A DNA stretch of 24,896 nt from a virus: positions 1 through 24,896 of IMG/VR virus record IMGVR_UViG_3300005099_000002; one strand, given 5' to 3'. Position numbers and translations under genes: made by a program. This document shows, piece by piece, positions 1 through 8,344 of the stretch; position 1 is the first letter of the stretch, and each line of letters starts with the position of its first letter. A model generated the notes under the pieces. The model saw nothing but the letters and a program-made list of their open reading frames with translations, was not told where the DNA came from and searched no databases.

Positions 1-115
1 TGTCCGGCGTACTGTTTTCCGTGACTTGCAATCCGTTTAACACACCCCAAGGCCTGCTTCCCAACATAATGTTGTTCGGGTCTACGTGGTAGAATTTCTC
101 TCCGTCCGCATACAT
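1..115 (-). CDS. Partial (runs off left edge) tail or virion structural protein
   Basis: Manual translation from ATG at 115: MYADGEKFYHVDPNNIMLGSRPWGVLNGLQVTENSTPD; GVLxGLxV resembles N-termini of phage fibre/baseplate proteins; starts right after the stop of 117..476. Confidence 0.6.
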   Translation of the reverse strand, partial: MYADGEKFYHVDPNNIMLGSRPWGVLNGLQVTENSTPD

Positions 116-116
116 T

Positions 117-476
117 TTACGGCCTCCTATTTTTTATTATTATTTGATATTTTAGGCTAAAGTCGCTTGTTTTATTTATCGCGGGGTGCACTACCCTTGA
201 AATCATGTCGCCGGCGGTTGCATCGTTGAACAAGCCGACTTCGGTTAAAGCGTAACCGTTCGCCTCGTTTGTCCCTATTTCAACTTCGAAAAGCACCTGT
301 CCAGTTGCAGGTTTACTTTTACTTGAAATTGCTTTCCGCAGCACTTCGTTTTCCAGTGCTGTCTGCGTCGCCAACACTTGGCCTGTGCCGGTTCCGATGG
401 CAATGTGGCTGGGCGGGTTAACCGAGTCGCCGTAAAGCCAGTTTCGGTCAAGATTTAGCCCCGCGTTTACTATCAA
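117..476 (-). CDS. Tail-collar/fibre-attachment-like structural protein
   Basis: HIAIGTG...ALENEVLR...EANGYALTEVGLFN...MISRVV...INKT pattern resembles tail-collar fibre proteins; TTG start with GGTGA upstream; tail module context. Confidence 0.6.
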   Translation of the reverse strand: MIVNAGLNLDRNWLYGDSVNPPSHIAIGTGTGQVLATQTALENEVLRKAISSKSKPATGQVLFEVEIGTNEANGYALTEVGLFNDATAGDMISRVVHPAINKTSDFSLKYQIIIKNRRP

Positions 477-732
477 CTTCCTTCACCTTTTCTTTATTTT
501 TTAGTTCCAGTTCAACTGTTTTAATGCAGTATCGGATAAAGTCGTTTAGACTGTTAACTCCGACTTGGCGGCGTATTTCGTCGATATTAGGGTAAGAGAC
601 TACGTCTATCGTGGTTTTGATGCAAAACTTTATGAAGTCGTTTAAATTTGAAAAGCCAAGTTGTCTTCTAATGTTTTCGAGAAAAGTTATTTCCTGTGTG
701 TTCGTTTCCATTTTAAATATACATTCATCCAC
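448..732 (-). CDS. Small protein with tandem RHH/CopG-like helical repeat
   Basis: Internal duplication IRRQLGFSNLNDFIKFCIKTT / IRRQVGVNSLNDFIRYCIKTV. Confidence 0.6.
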   Translation of the reverse strand: MDECIFKMETNTQEITFLENIRRQLGFSNLNDFIKFCIKTTIDVVSYPNIDEIRRQVGVNSLNDFIRYCIKTVELELKNKEKVKEVDSKRGAKS

Positions 733-964
733 TTAACTCACCTATTACTTTACTAAGCAAATATATGTTTGAAACTAAAAGGTAAAAAGTAACAATGATT
801 TCTAAAGAAATAATAAATTTGTTGTATTCAAATAGCTTGAAACTTTTTTCTAATGCTAACTTAATAACAATAATAAGCCACAGTAAGATATATCCAACCG
901 TGAAGCCGCTACTTATAAGCTTATGAATGTTTTTTAGTGTTTTTTTAATTTTGTTCTTTTCCAT
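725..964 (-). CDS. Small membrane protein (2 predicted TM segments)
   Basis: Basic N-terminus then two hydrophobic stretches; AT-rich; overlaps next gene start. Confidence 0.6.
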   Translation of the reverse strand: MEKNKIKKTLKNIHKLISSGFTVGYILLWLIIVIKLALEKSFKLFEYNKFIISLEIIVTFYLLVSNIYLLSKVIGELSG

Positions 965-976
965 TTTTACCCCCCT

Positions 977-2158
977 TTAAATTAAATATCCTTCATACCA
1001 ATAATCAATATAATCACTTGAATCTAACTTATAATACCAACCAGCAGGAACAAACGCTTTTAAAGCATAGACAGGAGCCAAACTTGAATCTGAAGAAAGA
1101 AACCTATCTACGGTATAGTATGTTGATGTGCTAGGCCCAATTATAAGTTCACCATCACCCGCACCAGACGTATTAAGTAAAATACACACAAAAAGAGTTT
1201 TGCCACTTGTGTTTTGATACCACGTATTTAGGCTTCGATTAAGTTTTTCATCACTTAAACTTGGATTTGTGTTTTTCCAGCCTTTTCCCGCCACAGTTTC
1301 TTTAATCCATAAGTCTCCACTAGCTTTTAAGTCTAATAGTTTAGTCCACGTCTCGTCGCCTGTAGTTGGGTCTGAACCTGATGTACACAATGAAACACCT
1401 AGAATTGTTCCACTTGCCGAATTTGAGTCTCCTAAAACTATTGCCTGATTTATAGTTCCTTGCTCGTTTATGAAAGCAATCATATGCCCATAATCGTCTG
1501 CAATTCCATATTTACTACTTGCCAAACCAACTCTAATCCTCAAACCATTATCTATATTATCAGCTAACGTCCAAAACTCAGTACAAAATATCTTATTCCA
1601 TCTGCGACTTGCACTTCCAAAATTTCTTGAAGCATCAGCATCTGGACGTAAATTTTGTGCAATTGCGGCAATATTCTGCAAATTCAAAGCGTTAGTTATA
1701 ATCTCTGTTCCAGCTACTTTTAGCCCTTGCCTGATGTCTACTTTCCCATCTGACCGAGTTACCCACAACGCCTCTCTTAGCGTTCCGTTATCCATCATGT
1801 TTATTTTGAGGATGTTGTTCGTTGCATCGTAATGTATGTCTGCCCCGAAATTATCGTTTTCCTCTCTTAACTCTATTTTTATATCGTAATTTGTATCATT
1901 CATTAATTTCAAAAGAGTTGTCTCAGTCCTCGTCCAAGTGCCGAGATATATGTTTCCTGCGAAGTGTCCGTTTTGGAACGGGTTTGTGGGGCTTCCAATG
2001 TTTATTCCGCTTGTAGACGGTATTATGTCGGAGTCGATGGTTATGATGTCTGTGATTTTAAGGTTGTTTATGGCGTTTATTATTTCGTTTATCTTGTTTT
2101 TCTTTGTTTTATCTCCGTAACGGTCCCACCACTCCTCTACAAGCTGAATATTTACCAT
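977..2158 (-). CDS. Tail fibre / receptor-binding protein
   Basis: Two fibre-type repeats (IIPSTSGINIGSPTNPF; LRPDADASRNFGSASRRW) and C-terminal WYQNTSGKTLFV...VPAGWYY tip motif; follows hub gene. Confidence 0.7.
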   Translation of the reverse strand: MVNIQLVEEWWDRYGDKTKKNKINEIINAINNLKITDIITIDSDIIPSTSGINIGSPTNPFQNGHFAGNIYLGTWTRTETTLLKLMNDTNYDIKIELREENDNFGADIHYDATNNILKINMMDNGTLREALWVTRSDGKVDIRQGLKVAGTEIITNALNLQNIAAIAQNLRPDADASRNFGSASRRWNKIFCTEFWTLADNIDNGLRIRVGLASSKYGIADDYGHMIAFINEQGTINQAIVLGDSNSASGTILGVSLCTSGSDPTTGDETWTKLLDLKASGDLWIKETVAGKGWKNTNPSLSDEKLNRSLNTWYQNTSGKTLFVCILLNTSGAGDGELIIGPSTSTYYTVDRFLSSDSSLAPVYALKAFVPAGWYYKLDSSDYIDYWYEGYLI

Positions 2159-3345
2159 TACTCATTACTCCATATCAGTTCTTCACTTCCTGTCGAATAA
2201 CCCAACTTGCTGCCGAACGCGGAAAACGTCGGGTGACCTAAAATAAAACCCTCACTAACATATTTCCGGTAAATCCTAACAACAACCTCCATGACTTTCT
2301 CGTCTTGGAACCTGTTGTAGCGGACCGGTGTGGCCTGTAGGTCGGCGTCACGTAAATCTATGTCAACTACTTTTTTAGTTAAATCAGCTAAAATGTCTTG
2401 TAGTTCAACGCTGTACTCTGCGGTTTTAATTCGACACGTACTGGGCGGAACGTTAAACTCCATTTCTAAAACAACGAACTGCGAGTCGATGTTTCGCTCG
2501 GGAATTCTTATTTTGACGAGTTGTCCGGGTGCGAGGTTGCCGACGTCGTCTATAAGTGTCACACATGTGACACGTTGAATAGGGTTAGCCTTACGACGCA
2601 AAATAGCCATCGCCCGCTCATAGGCTAAATCTTCGTTGTCAACGGTGGGGTCCACCACAGTGTCCTCGCGGATTCCCCATGTTTGCTGTGCCTGTAGGTC
2701 TTCGACCTGTACGCAGATGCCTTCTTTACCGTAAAATGTCAAACGTGTGACAACGTCTTTTCCGAGTTTAGGAGCATCGTACGTTAAAATGTTGGTAGTG
2801 CTTGAAAGCGTTAAGCCGCTGTCGAGGGTTTCTCGCGGGAAAAAGTTAAGGTCTTTGTATTCGTCTACGTGAAAGTCGTATTTAGCTATTTCAGCGAGCT
2901 CGTGCATCACCTTTAGCAGCGACACACCTTTCCATTCACGTGTAATATACGTGTTTGTTGTCTGCACGTTGCTTGTCGTTATGTCGGGCGTATAAGTCGG
3001 GATAAGGCCGTCGGAACTATTTGTTATTATGTCGCTTATTTCCCGGTTGCTGTAAGACTTATACACACGTCTATCTAGGAGGCGGGCTGTGTAGTCTCGG
3101 CCGCTTAAATTAACGTAGAACTGTGTTTCCGTTACGTTTTCAACCCGGCCGCGGAACTTTAAAGTCCCGTTGAACTTTATTTTAATGTCGTCGCCGTACT
3201 GGAATTTTCCGGTTAAGTTTTGCGACGGGTCGTAGAGCTTCACGGCGAAGCTTTTAGTGTACTGCGTTACGCTGCTGTTAATTTTCAAGTCGCTAAAATA
3301 ATCGGTGTAATCTACGTCGTTGACAAGTACCGTTACGCTTACCAT
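2158..3345 (-). CDS. Tail tip/baseplate hub protein (Mu gpP/late-control-D-like)
   Basis: GDDIKIKFNG..FRGRV..V.LSGRDY..RL pattern, 395 aa, second gene after TMP. Confidence 0.7.
   Translation of the reverse strand: MVSVTVLVNDVDYTDYFSDLKINSSVTQYTKSFAVKLYDPSQNLTGKFQYGDDIKIKFNGTLKFRGRVENVTETQFYVNLSGRDYTARLLDRRVYKSYSNREISDIITNSSDGLIPTYTPDITTSNVQTTNTYITREWKGVSLLKVMHELAEIAKYDFHVDEYKDLNFFPRETLDSGLTLSSTTNILTYDAPKLGKDVVTRLTFYGKEGICVQVEDLQAQQTWGIREDTVVDPTVDNEDLAYERAMAILRRKANPIQRVTCVTLIDDVGNLAPGQLVKIRIPERNIDSQFVVLEMEFNVPPSTCRIKTAEYSVELQDILADLTKKVVDIDLRDADLQATPVRYNRFQDEKVMEVVVRIYRKYVSEGFILGHPTFSAFGSKLGYSTGSEELIWSNE
2557..2572. repeat. Dispersed palindrome copy (perfect)
   Basis: TGTCACA-CA-TGTGACA, inside hub gene. 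Confidence 0.9.
2737..2752. repeat. Dispersed palindrome copy (1 mismatch)
   Basis: TGTCAAA-CG-TGTGACA, inside hub gene. Confidence 0.8.
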
Positions 3346-3731
3346 TATGTTTCCACCACCTTCATTTCGATTATAACGGTGCTGTCACGTACGCTGCCGC
3401 CGGTTTCAATTTCCCGGACCTTACTTATCTGCACGGTGAAGCTTCTCGCCCCGGTTTCACCCGAAACACCCCATTCAAACGTCCACGGGTCGCCACCCGA
3501 CCGCACGGCGTCAATAACTTCCTCGATTTTTTGTTCCTTTGTTTTACTTGCGTCTGTCTGTGGATGCCAGATAAGCATGATGGTTTGCACTCCGCGGCCG
3601 TCATCTATAATCTCGGTGCGGCCCTGCTGAAACTTGAAAATATGGAGTTCTTTTTCGAGGTCCCGCCGTATTTCCGGTACGGGTTCAAATGTTATAGTTG
3701 TGGCTCCGCGAGATAAACGTATGGTTTTCAC
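3345..3731 (-). CDS. Distal tail (Dit-like) protein
   Basis: 128 aa beta-rich protein directly after TMP with overlapping start/stop. Confidence 0.5.
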   Translation of the reverse strand: MKTIRLSRGATTITFEPVPEIRRDLEKELHIFKFQQGRTEIIDDGRGVQTIMLIWHPQTDASKTKEQKIEEVIDAVRSGGDPWTFEWGVSGETGARSFTVQISKVREIETGGSVRDSTVIIEMKVVET

Positions 3732-5041
3732 GCGGTTCCCCTCCTGTAATATTCGTCCATGAGTTCTTCGAAAATTGCCTGTAAAATCATTTTAAGGTCG
3801 AACGGCGAGGTCGCCATAGTGCTGTGCAGGTCTATTTTAGGTTCAAGTCGGATAACGGTGTAGCTCGGGGAGCCCGGTGGCGTAATGTTTAAGACGGGTG
3901 TAATTTTGTTGACGGTTTTCCGTACGCCGCCGGTGAAAGCTTCTCCGAGTTCTTTACCGTATATTACGATGTTTTTAAGTGGGCCGCGTTCCGGTAGGCT
4001 GCCGCCGAAAAACCCGGCCAACCACTCGGTGAAGTTTTTTACTTGTTCTTCCGCGTAGGTCTTTGCTTTTTCAAACCCGCTTACAAACCATTCAATCAGT
4101 TTTTTACCGGCTTCCATCATCCAGTCTTTTAAACTCGTGAACCAGTCGAGTAAACCGTGTATGGCGTCTTTAGCGTAGTTTGCTGCTGCTTTCCAGTCGC
4201 CGCGAAAAACAGCTTTAACTATGCCAAGCGCGTCTTTTACTAAACGCAGTTGCAGTTTAAGTGACGCGGCGAGTGGTTTGGGTAAACGGTTTAAAACCCC
4301 GCTAACCGTGTTTTCAATTGTTCTCCAATCTCCAGTCCAGACAGCTTTAATAAGGGTCGTTGTTTTCTGCCACGCAGTTTTTAAACTAGATAAAAACTTA
4401 GGGATATTAGTGCTTAGCCAGTCAACTACTATTTTTGTTTTATCTCTTATGCCGAGCCAGTTGTTTTGCCACGCCACGTAAAGTAAGGCTCCCGCGGCGA
4501 TAACAAGGCCGATAACGGGGATAAGTGTGGACATGGATACTCCTAGGACGGTTACGCCGCCGGCGGCTGCACCTGCACCTAAACCCACCGCGGACAGTAA
4601 AGGCCCTAACGCTCCGAGAAAACTTATTACGGGTCCTAGAACGGCGGTAAGTAAAACAACCATGCTTATAAACTGTTGTACGGGTTCCGGTAAGCTAACA
4701 AACCAATCCACCAGTTTACCGAGTAAATTGGCTACGGTTTCAAAAACCGGGCCGAGCTCCTCGCCTAAAACGTAATATACGCGTTCCATTTGGAACTGCA
4801 TTTCAGCCATAGCCACGCTCAAAGTGGGTGACGCTCTTATCATGGCGTACATTGTACCCATTGCGGCGGCGGAAACACTCATAAAAGCGAGATGCCATGT
4901 TCTGAAGGCTTTTTTACTCTCGGTTTCAGCTTCTTTCAGTTCGCCGCGGAATTCTTTTAAGATTTTTTGGGCTGTTTGCAGGTTTTTAACCGCGGCACCT
5001 ATTTCTGCTTCTAGTACGATTTTAAGTTGTTCTACATCCAT
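3728..5041 (-). CDS. Tape measure protein (short, 437 aa)
   Basis: Helical Ala/Leu/Gly-rich, central hydrophobic segment, periodic Trp/Phe, position after chaperone genes. Confidence 0.85.
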   Translation of the reverse strand: MDVEQLKIVLEAEIGAAVKNLQTAQKILKEFRGELKEAETESKKAFRTWHLAFMSVSAAAMGTMYAMIRASPTLSVAMAEMQFQMERVYYVLGEELGPVFETVANLLGKLVDWFVSLPEPVQQFISMVVLLTAVLGPVISFLGALGPLLSAVGLGAGAAAGGVTVLGVSMSTLIPVIGLVIAAGALLYVAWQNNWLGIRDKTKIVVDWLSTNIPKFLSSLKTAWQKTTTLIKAVWTGDWRTIENTVSGVLNRLPKPLAASLKLQLRLVKDALGIVKAVFRGDWKAAANYAKDAIHGLLDWFTSLKDWMMEAGKKLIEWFVSGFEKAKTYAEEQVKNFTEWLAGFFGGSLPERGPLKNIVIYGKELGEAFTGGVRKTVNKITPVLNITPPGSPSYTVIRLEPKIDLHSTMATSPFDLKMILQAIFEELMDEYYRRGTA

Positions 5042-5403
5042 GTGTGGCCCTCTATTTGTTTTAAAATATAGTTGTAGATTTCTTTCGCCTTCTTTTTAGG
5101 TAAAGCGTTTATTTGGGCTTCCTCGAAAAACATCGTGCCACTTGTATCAGATACGCCGGGAATTTTAAGTATGATTGTAGAGGAGAAAACCCCTTTTACA
5201 AGTTGTACGCCGAAAATCTTGCTGTAAGGGTAGCTTTCAATTTTTTTATGTAGGCCTAGCCAGCTCGGGTTTACGATTATTACGCGTTTGTTTGTTACGA
5301 TGATGGTGTCGGGTGTCACAGGTGAGCCGCCGGGTTTAACCCGGCTCTGCGAAGCCTTAAACAGTATTTTTTCGTCTTCAAACAGTAGTTTTTCTATTTT
5401 CAT
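5032..5403 (-). CDS. Prokaryotic PH-domain protein
   Basis: PDTIIVTNKRVII...IESYPYSKIFGVQLVKG pattern of bacterial PH domains. Confidence 0.75.
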   Translation of the reverse strand: MKIEKLLFEDEKILFKASQSRVKPGGSPVTPDTIIVTNKRVIIVNPSWLGLHKKIESYPYSKIFGVQLVKGVFSSTIILKIPGVSDTSGTMFFEEAQINALPKKKAKEIYNYILKQIEGHTWM

Positions 5404-5618
5404 GGTGTTAGTCTCCTAAGTTTTTGTTCGGCTTCAAGCCGTTCTTTATGTTCTTCTTTTGCTATCCAATCTAAGATTGCTATTAGCTCGTCGTAGCGGC
5501 GTTTAGGTAACCGTAAGATTTCGCTGTAACTCATGCCGGTGGCCTTCATAAGCCGAAAATCGTCGACGAGAAGCTTTATTTTATAAGGTCCTCCGAAGCC
5601 ATCGAGATAACGCCATAT
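5400..5618 (-). CDS. gpT-like -1 frame extension of the tail assembly chaperone (72 aa)
   Basis: Open -1 frame from the A9 run to TGA at 5402-5400: IWRYLDGFGGPYKIKLLVDDFRLMKATGMSYSEILRLPKRRYDELIAILDWIAKEEHKERLEAEQKLRRLTP. Confidence 0.75.
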   Translation of the reverse strand: MWRYLDGFGGPYKIKLLVDDFRLMKATGMSYSEILRLPKRRYDELIAILDWIAKEEHKERLEAEQKLRRLTP

Positions 5619-5980
5619 TTTTTTTTCTCGGCTTCCGGTAAATCAGTTAACTCCCGGATGGTTTCATAGAGTAGTTCGAAAAGTTCACCGTTAAGCTGTT
5701 TGACTTGTTCGAACGTCATTTTCCGGTTTTCCCGTAGGGCTCCGGCCATAATCATGAGGGCTTTCATTTTGACTACGCTGAAACCTTTGAACTTTATTTG
5801 ACCGGTTTCCATGTTAACGTCGTATAGGGCACATTTTTCCCGTATTTCTTCGTACTCGTAGCGGGTTAAGCCTCTACATTGAAATTTTACGCCGTTGTAT
5901 TCTACGGTTTTTTCTCCGGGTTTGAAGAAAACTTCGTTCACGGGTAGCTCGCCTCGCTGTCCACCACTACTATCTGACAT
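5576..5980 (-). CDS. Tail assembly chaperone (gpG-like)
   Basis: Between tail tube and TMP; ends near slippery GAG AAA AAA AAA; alternative GTG start at 5941 overlapping the tube stop. Confidence 0.8.
   Translation of the reverse strand: MSDSSGGQRGELPVNEVFFKPGEKTVEYNGVKFQCRGLTRYEYEEIREKCALYDVNMETGQIKFKGFSVVKMKALMIMAGALRENRKMTFEQVKQLNGELFELLYETIRELTDLPEAEKKKYGVISMASEDLIK
5618..5626 (-). promoter_or_regulatory. Programmed -1 ribosomal frameshift slippery site (A9)
   Basis: T9 on + strand; fits X XXY YYZ; -1 frame stays open for 72 codons. Confidence 0.7.
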
Positions 5981-6846
5981 GTTTTAGGTTTCAAAACCAG
6001 TTTTTGCAAATATACGGGTTCCTCCGGTAACGCGAAGTCCGGTTCCTCGATTAGACAATCGTTTAACTTTAATGTTAACGTGTCGTTTGCACCGCGTGTA
6101 AAAACTATTTCAACGTCGAAGGCTGTCTGCGGGTCGCTTAACCAGTTATCCCACCAAGAGGTGTCCGTTGGGTGAAACTCTACGACTAGGTCGTTTTCAC
6201 GGCCGCCTTCCGGTAGAAAACTGGGTTTAGCGGACCCTAAATGGTACGCGTGGTCGTATTTCAAATTGTTGGAGAAAGTCCACGAGAAACTTTTAACGCT
6301 GCCTATACTGTTACCGCCGAAAGTTATACTGCTTACCTTCGCGAAACTGTAAGGTTTCGTTGTCACTTCTGCGACAGATGTGCGAGAAGTGTATTTTTTA
6401 ACGTCCATGGCACTGCAGTCTACGCGAACCTTAAGGTCGTCGCCTTCAACACAGCTAATAGTCATCTTGTCGACTTTGCAGCCGAGGTAACGCCGCACAA
6501 AATTGATACTCGGCAAAGCCGCTTCCAATGTGAAGGTTGGCAGTTGGTCAGCGGGGTCAATGGTATGTGTATAAGGGCCCGACCCACTGTCTGTCACCGT
6601 GCCGAGACACATCGTTAGAAACTTGCCGTCTTGCGGATAATATTCGAAGGAAAAAGGAAACTCATATTTTCCTTCTGTTTGAATGTGGAAGTCTCTTTTT
6701 CCTGCATGCCGGTAACGGCGTATTTCACGTTTTTCTTTTGGCGGAAACTCTTTAACTATGCCGAGCCAAACGTTTGGTGTGGCTTCGGTTCCGGGCGAGG
6801 ATTCACGTCCCCATGAAATATACCAAGGTCCGGTTGCATAGCTCAT
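5938..6846 (-). CDS. Major tail tube protein
   Basis: GRES.PGT..., FTLE...RRYLGCKVDKMTIS, VKSFSWTFSNNL motifs typical of tail tube proteins; 302 aa; position. Confidence 0.85.
   Translation of the reverse strand: MSYATGPWYISWGRESSPGTEATPNVWLGIVKEFPPKEKREIRRYRHAGKRDFHIQTEGKYEFPFSFEYYPQDGKFLTMCLGTVTDSGSGPYTHTIDPADQLPTFTLEAALPSINFVRRYLGCKVDKMTISCVEGDDLKVRVDCSAMDVKKYTSRTSVAEVTTKPYSFAKVSSITFGGNSIGSVKSFSWTFSNNLKYDHAYHLGSAKPSFLPEGGRENDLVVEFHPTDTSWWDNWLSDPQTAFDVEIVFTRGANDTLTLKLNDCLIEEPDFALPEEPVYLQKLVLKPKTCQIVVVDSEASYP
6361..6376. repeat. Dispersed palindrome copy (2 mismatches)
   Basis: TGTCACT-TC-TGCGACA, inside tail tube gene. Confidence 0.6.
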
Positions 6847-7038
6847 TTAGTTTTCACCTTCCTTTTTCTTAGGTTTTTTAGAGGGTTCTTTTACGATTTC
6901 AAAATTACCGGTTCCTAAAAGCTGCGTTAAACGCCAGCCTTCCGGCATATCCACTATTTCACCTTCACTTATGCTTAACAGGGCGTCCGCGTAATGTTTT
7001 ATACCGTCTTTAAGCTTAATCTTAACCATTTTCATCAC
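6847..7038 (-). CDS. Small hypothetical virion-module protein
   Basis: 63 aa, coupled overlaps with neighbours, GEIVDMPE motif, Lys-rich tail. Confidence 0.6.
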   Translation of the reverse strand: MMKMVKIKLKDGIKHYADALLSISEGEIVDMPEGWRLTQLLGTGNFEIVKEPSKKPKKKEGEN

Positions 7039-7475
7039 GTATAGACGCGAAATTCAAGTTCTATTGTTTTTCGGTGTAGGGTTTCGCTTCCCGGTGGCGG
7101 ATTATGTCGTACAACCGGTATACGGCCGTCAAGCAAACCGTAATCAGTAAACTGGCTGCGTTTCTCCTTTATCTTCGCCAGTATCTCATCGGTTATTGTG
7201 TCCACTTGTTCTAGTTTAGTGGCGTAGACGTCGACGGCAATACGTATAGTGTGTTCAAACATGCTGCTATACGAACAAAGAGGTATGCCGGGAGAATCGA
7301 TATGATAAACTAAGATAACCGGGTAGTAAACAGTTTTGCTGGCCCGCTGCGTCAAAACAAAGTAGCTTCCACTAGGCCGACTGCTGGCAGCGGGGTCCGT
7401 GATATTGTCTCGGAGAAAGTCGCGGACAAATAGCACCGTTTTTTTGATTATTTGGTTTGGGTCGATTGTGCTCAT
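7035..7475 (-). CDS. Tail terminator/completion protein (SPP1 gp17/lambda gpU-like)
   Basis: YPVILV...IRIAVDVYA...VDTITDEI pattern; position before tail tube. Confidence 0.7.
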   Translation of the reverse strand: MSTIDPNQIIKKTVLFVRDFLRDNITDPAASSRPSGSYFVLTQRASKTVYYPVILVYHIDSPGIPLCSYSSMFEHTIRIAVDVYATKLEQVDTITDEILAKIKEKRSQFTDYGLLDGRIPVVRHNPPPGSETLHRKTIELEFRVYT

Positions 7476-7486
7476 GTTACCACCAG

Positions 7487-7502
7487 TGTCACAAGTGTGA
7501 CC
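7487..7502. repeat. Dispersed palindrome copy (1 mismatch)
   Basis: TGTCACA-AG-TGTGACC, 12 nt upstream of the tail terminator ATG. Confidence 0.85.
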
Positions 7503-7762
7503 TAAGGGAAAAGTCCGCCACCCGGCGAAACCAACCTAAAAAAACCTCGCAAACAACACATATAGCTTAACCGTTATCAAAACTAAACAACAAATAATAA
7601 CATTATACATTCTATAATGTTCCCGGAATGTTATATATTGTACAATGTTTTCGGTCCGTAAATATAGCGACAAAATTCAGGAACCCCTCATTTACATTAT
7701 ATGAAATATAACAATTTGTATCGAAAAATTATATTTTTCATAATGTTACAGTCATAGTAAAG

Positions 7763-7804
7763 TTTATATATATGAATTACTATTATAGTAACATGGTGAT
7801 GTAA
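7763..7804 (+). promoter_or_regulatory. Archaeal promoter (TTTATATA), operator and GGTGA RBS
   Basis: TTTATATA 7763-7770, TTACTA-TTA-TAGTAA 7777-7791, GGTGA 7795-7799, ATG 7805. Confidence 0.75.
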
Positions 7805-8095
7805 ATGGTATGGCAAAAAGTCATAGACGCGGCATACAATGATAAGGGTGACAAGTGCTTACTTTTACAAAATAAGGCTGGAAAAACCTATTGGATAAAC
7901 CTTTATAAATTCACCGACCCCGAAGGAGCCGGCGAAAAAGTATTCAGATTTGTTCTTGAGTCTCAGACCGAAGGCCCCTTAGACGATATAATGGCCGAAG
8001 TCTGGATAAATATAAGTTTTTCACACAAATTTATAGTGGCTTGTAGATTACCTAAGCCTATAAAATCAGATAAAATAATAAATGCGAGATGGTAA
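7805..8095 (+). CDS. Hypothetical protein (antisense accessory gene)
   Basis: 96 aa ORF with own promoter and RBS. Confidence 0.75.
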   Translation: MVWQKVIDAAYNDKGDKCLLLQNKAGKTYWINLYKFTDPEGAGEKVFRFVLESQTEGPLDDIMAEVWINISFSHKFIVACRLPKPIKSDKIINARW

Positions 8096-8097
8096 AA

Positions 8098-8250
8098 ATG
8101 GCTTGGCCATACTTTTGTGCAAACCGGGAAAAACATCCAAACGGCGAGGTTATTCAGATAAAGACTAACAAAATTAATCCCCGTTGTCCTTACTGCGGTG
8201 AAATCATGACTTTTGGCTGGTATTACAGCCACACAAACTACGACTATTAG
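8098..8250 (+). CDS. Small Zn-ribbon-like protein (50 aa; not in ORF track)
   Basis: MAWPYFCANREKHPNGEVIQIKTNKINPRCPYCGEIMTFGWYYSHTNYDY; starts 2 nt after previous stop; followed by T-tract. Confidence 0.65.
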   Translation: MAWPYFCANREKHPNGEVIQIKTNKINPRCPYCGEIMTFGWYYSHTNYDY

Positions 8251-8280
8251 TTTTTATTTTTTAACTAACTTTTTATTTTA
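8251..8280 (+). terminator. Oligo-T archaeal terminator
   Basis: TTTTTATTTTTTAACTAACTTTTTATTTTA directly after stop. Confidence 0.5.
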
Positions 8281-8303
8281 TACGTGTTTTGTTTATCAAC
8301 ATA

Positions 8304-8344
8304 TTTATATAGGTTAAGTTATATATATAACATCGGGTGAGAAA
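8304..8344 (+). promoter_or_regulatory. Archaeal promoter with palindrome and GGTGA RBS
   Basis: TTTATATA 8304-8311, perfect palindrome GTTATATATATAAC 8318-8331, GGTGA 8336-8340, ATG 8345. Confidence 0.7.

Noticed and set aside
977-2158. Diversity-generating retroelement target in the tail fibre
   Set aside because: No reverse transcriptase, no second near-identical template repeat, and no C-type lectin motif seen
5314-5329. TGTCACA-GG-TGAGCCG as a palindrome copy
   Set aside because: Three mismatches; compatible with chance
7503-7804. CRISPR mini-array or tRNA in the non-coding gaps (also 13109-13350, 18283-18561)
   Set aside because: No regularly spaced 24-40 bp repeats with unique spacers and no cloverleaf
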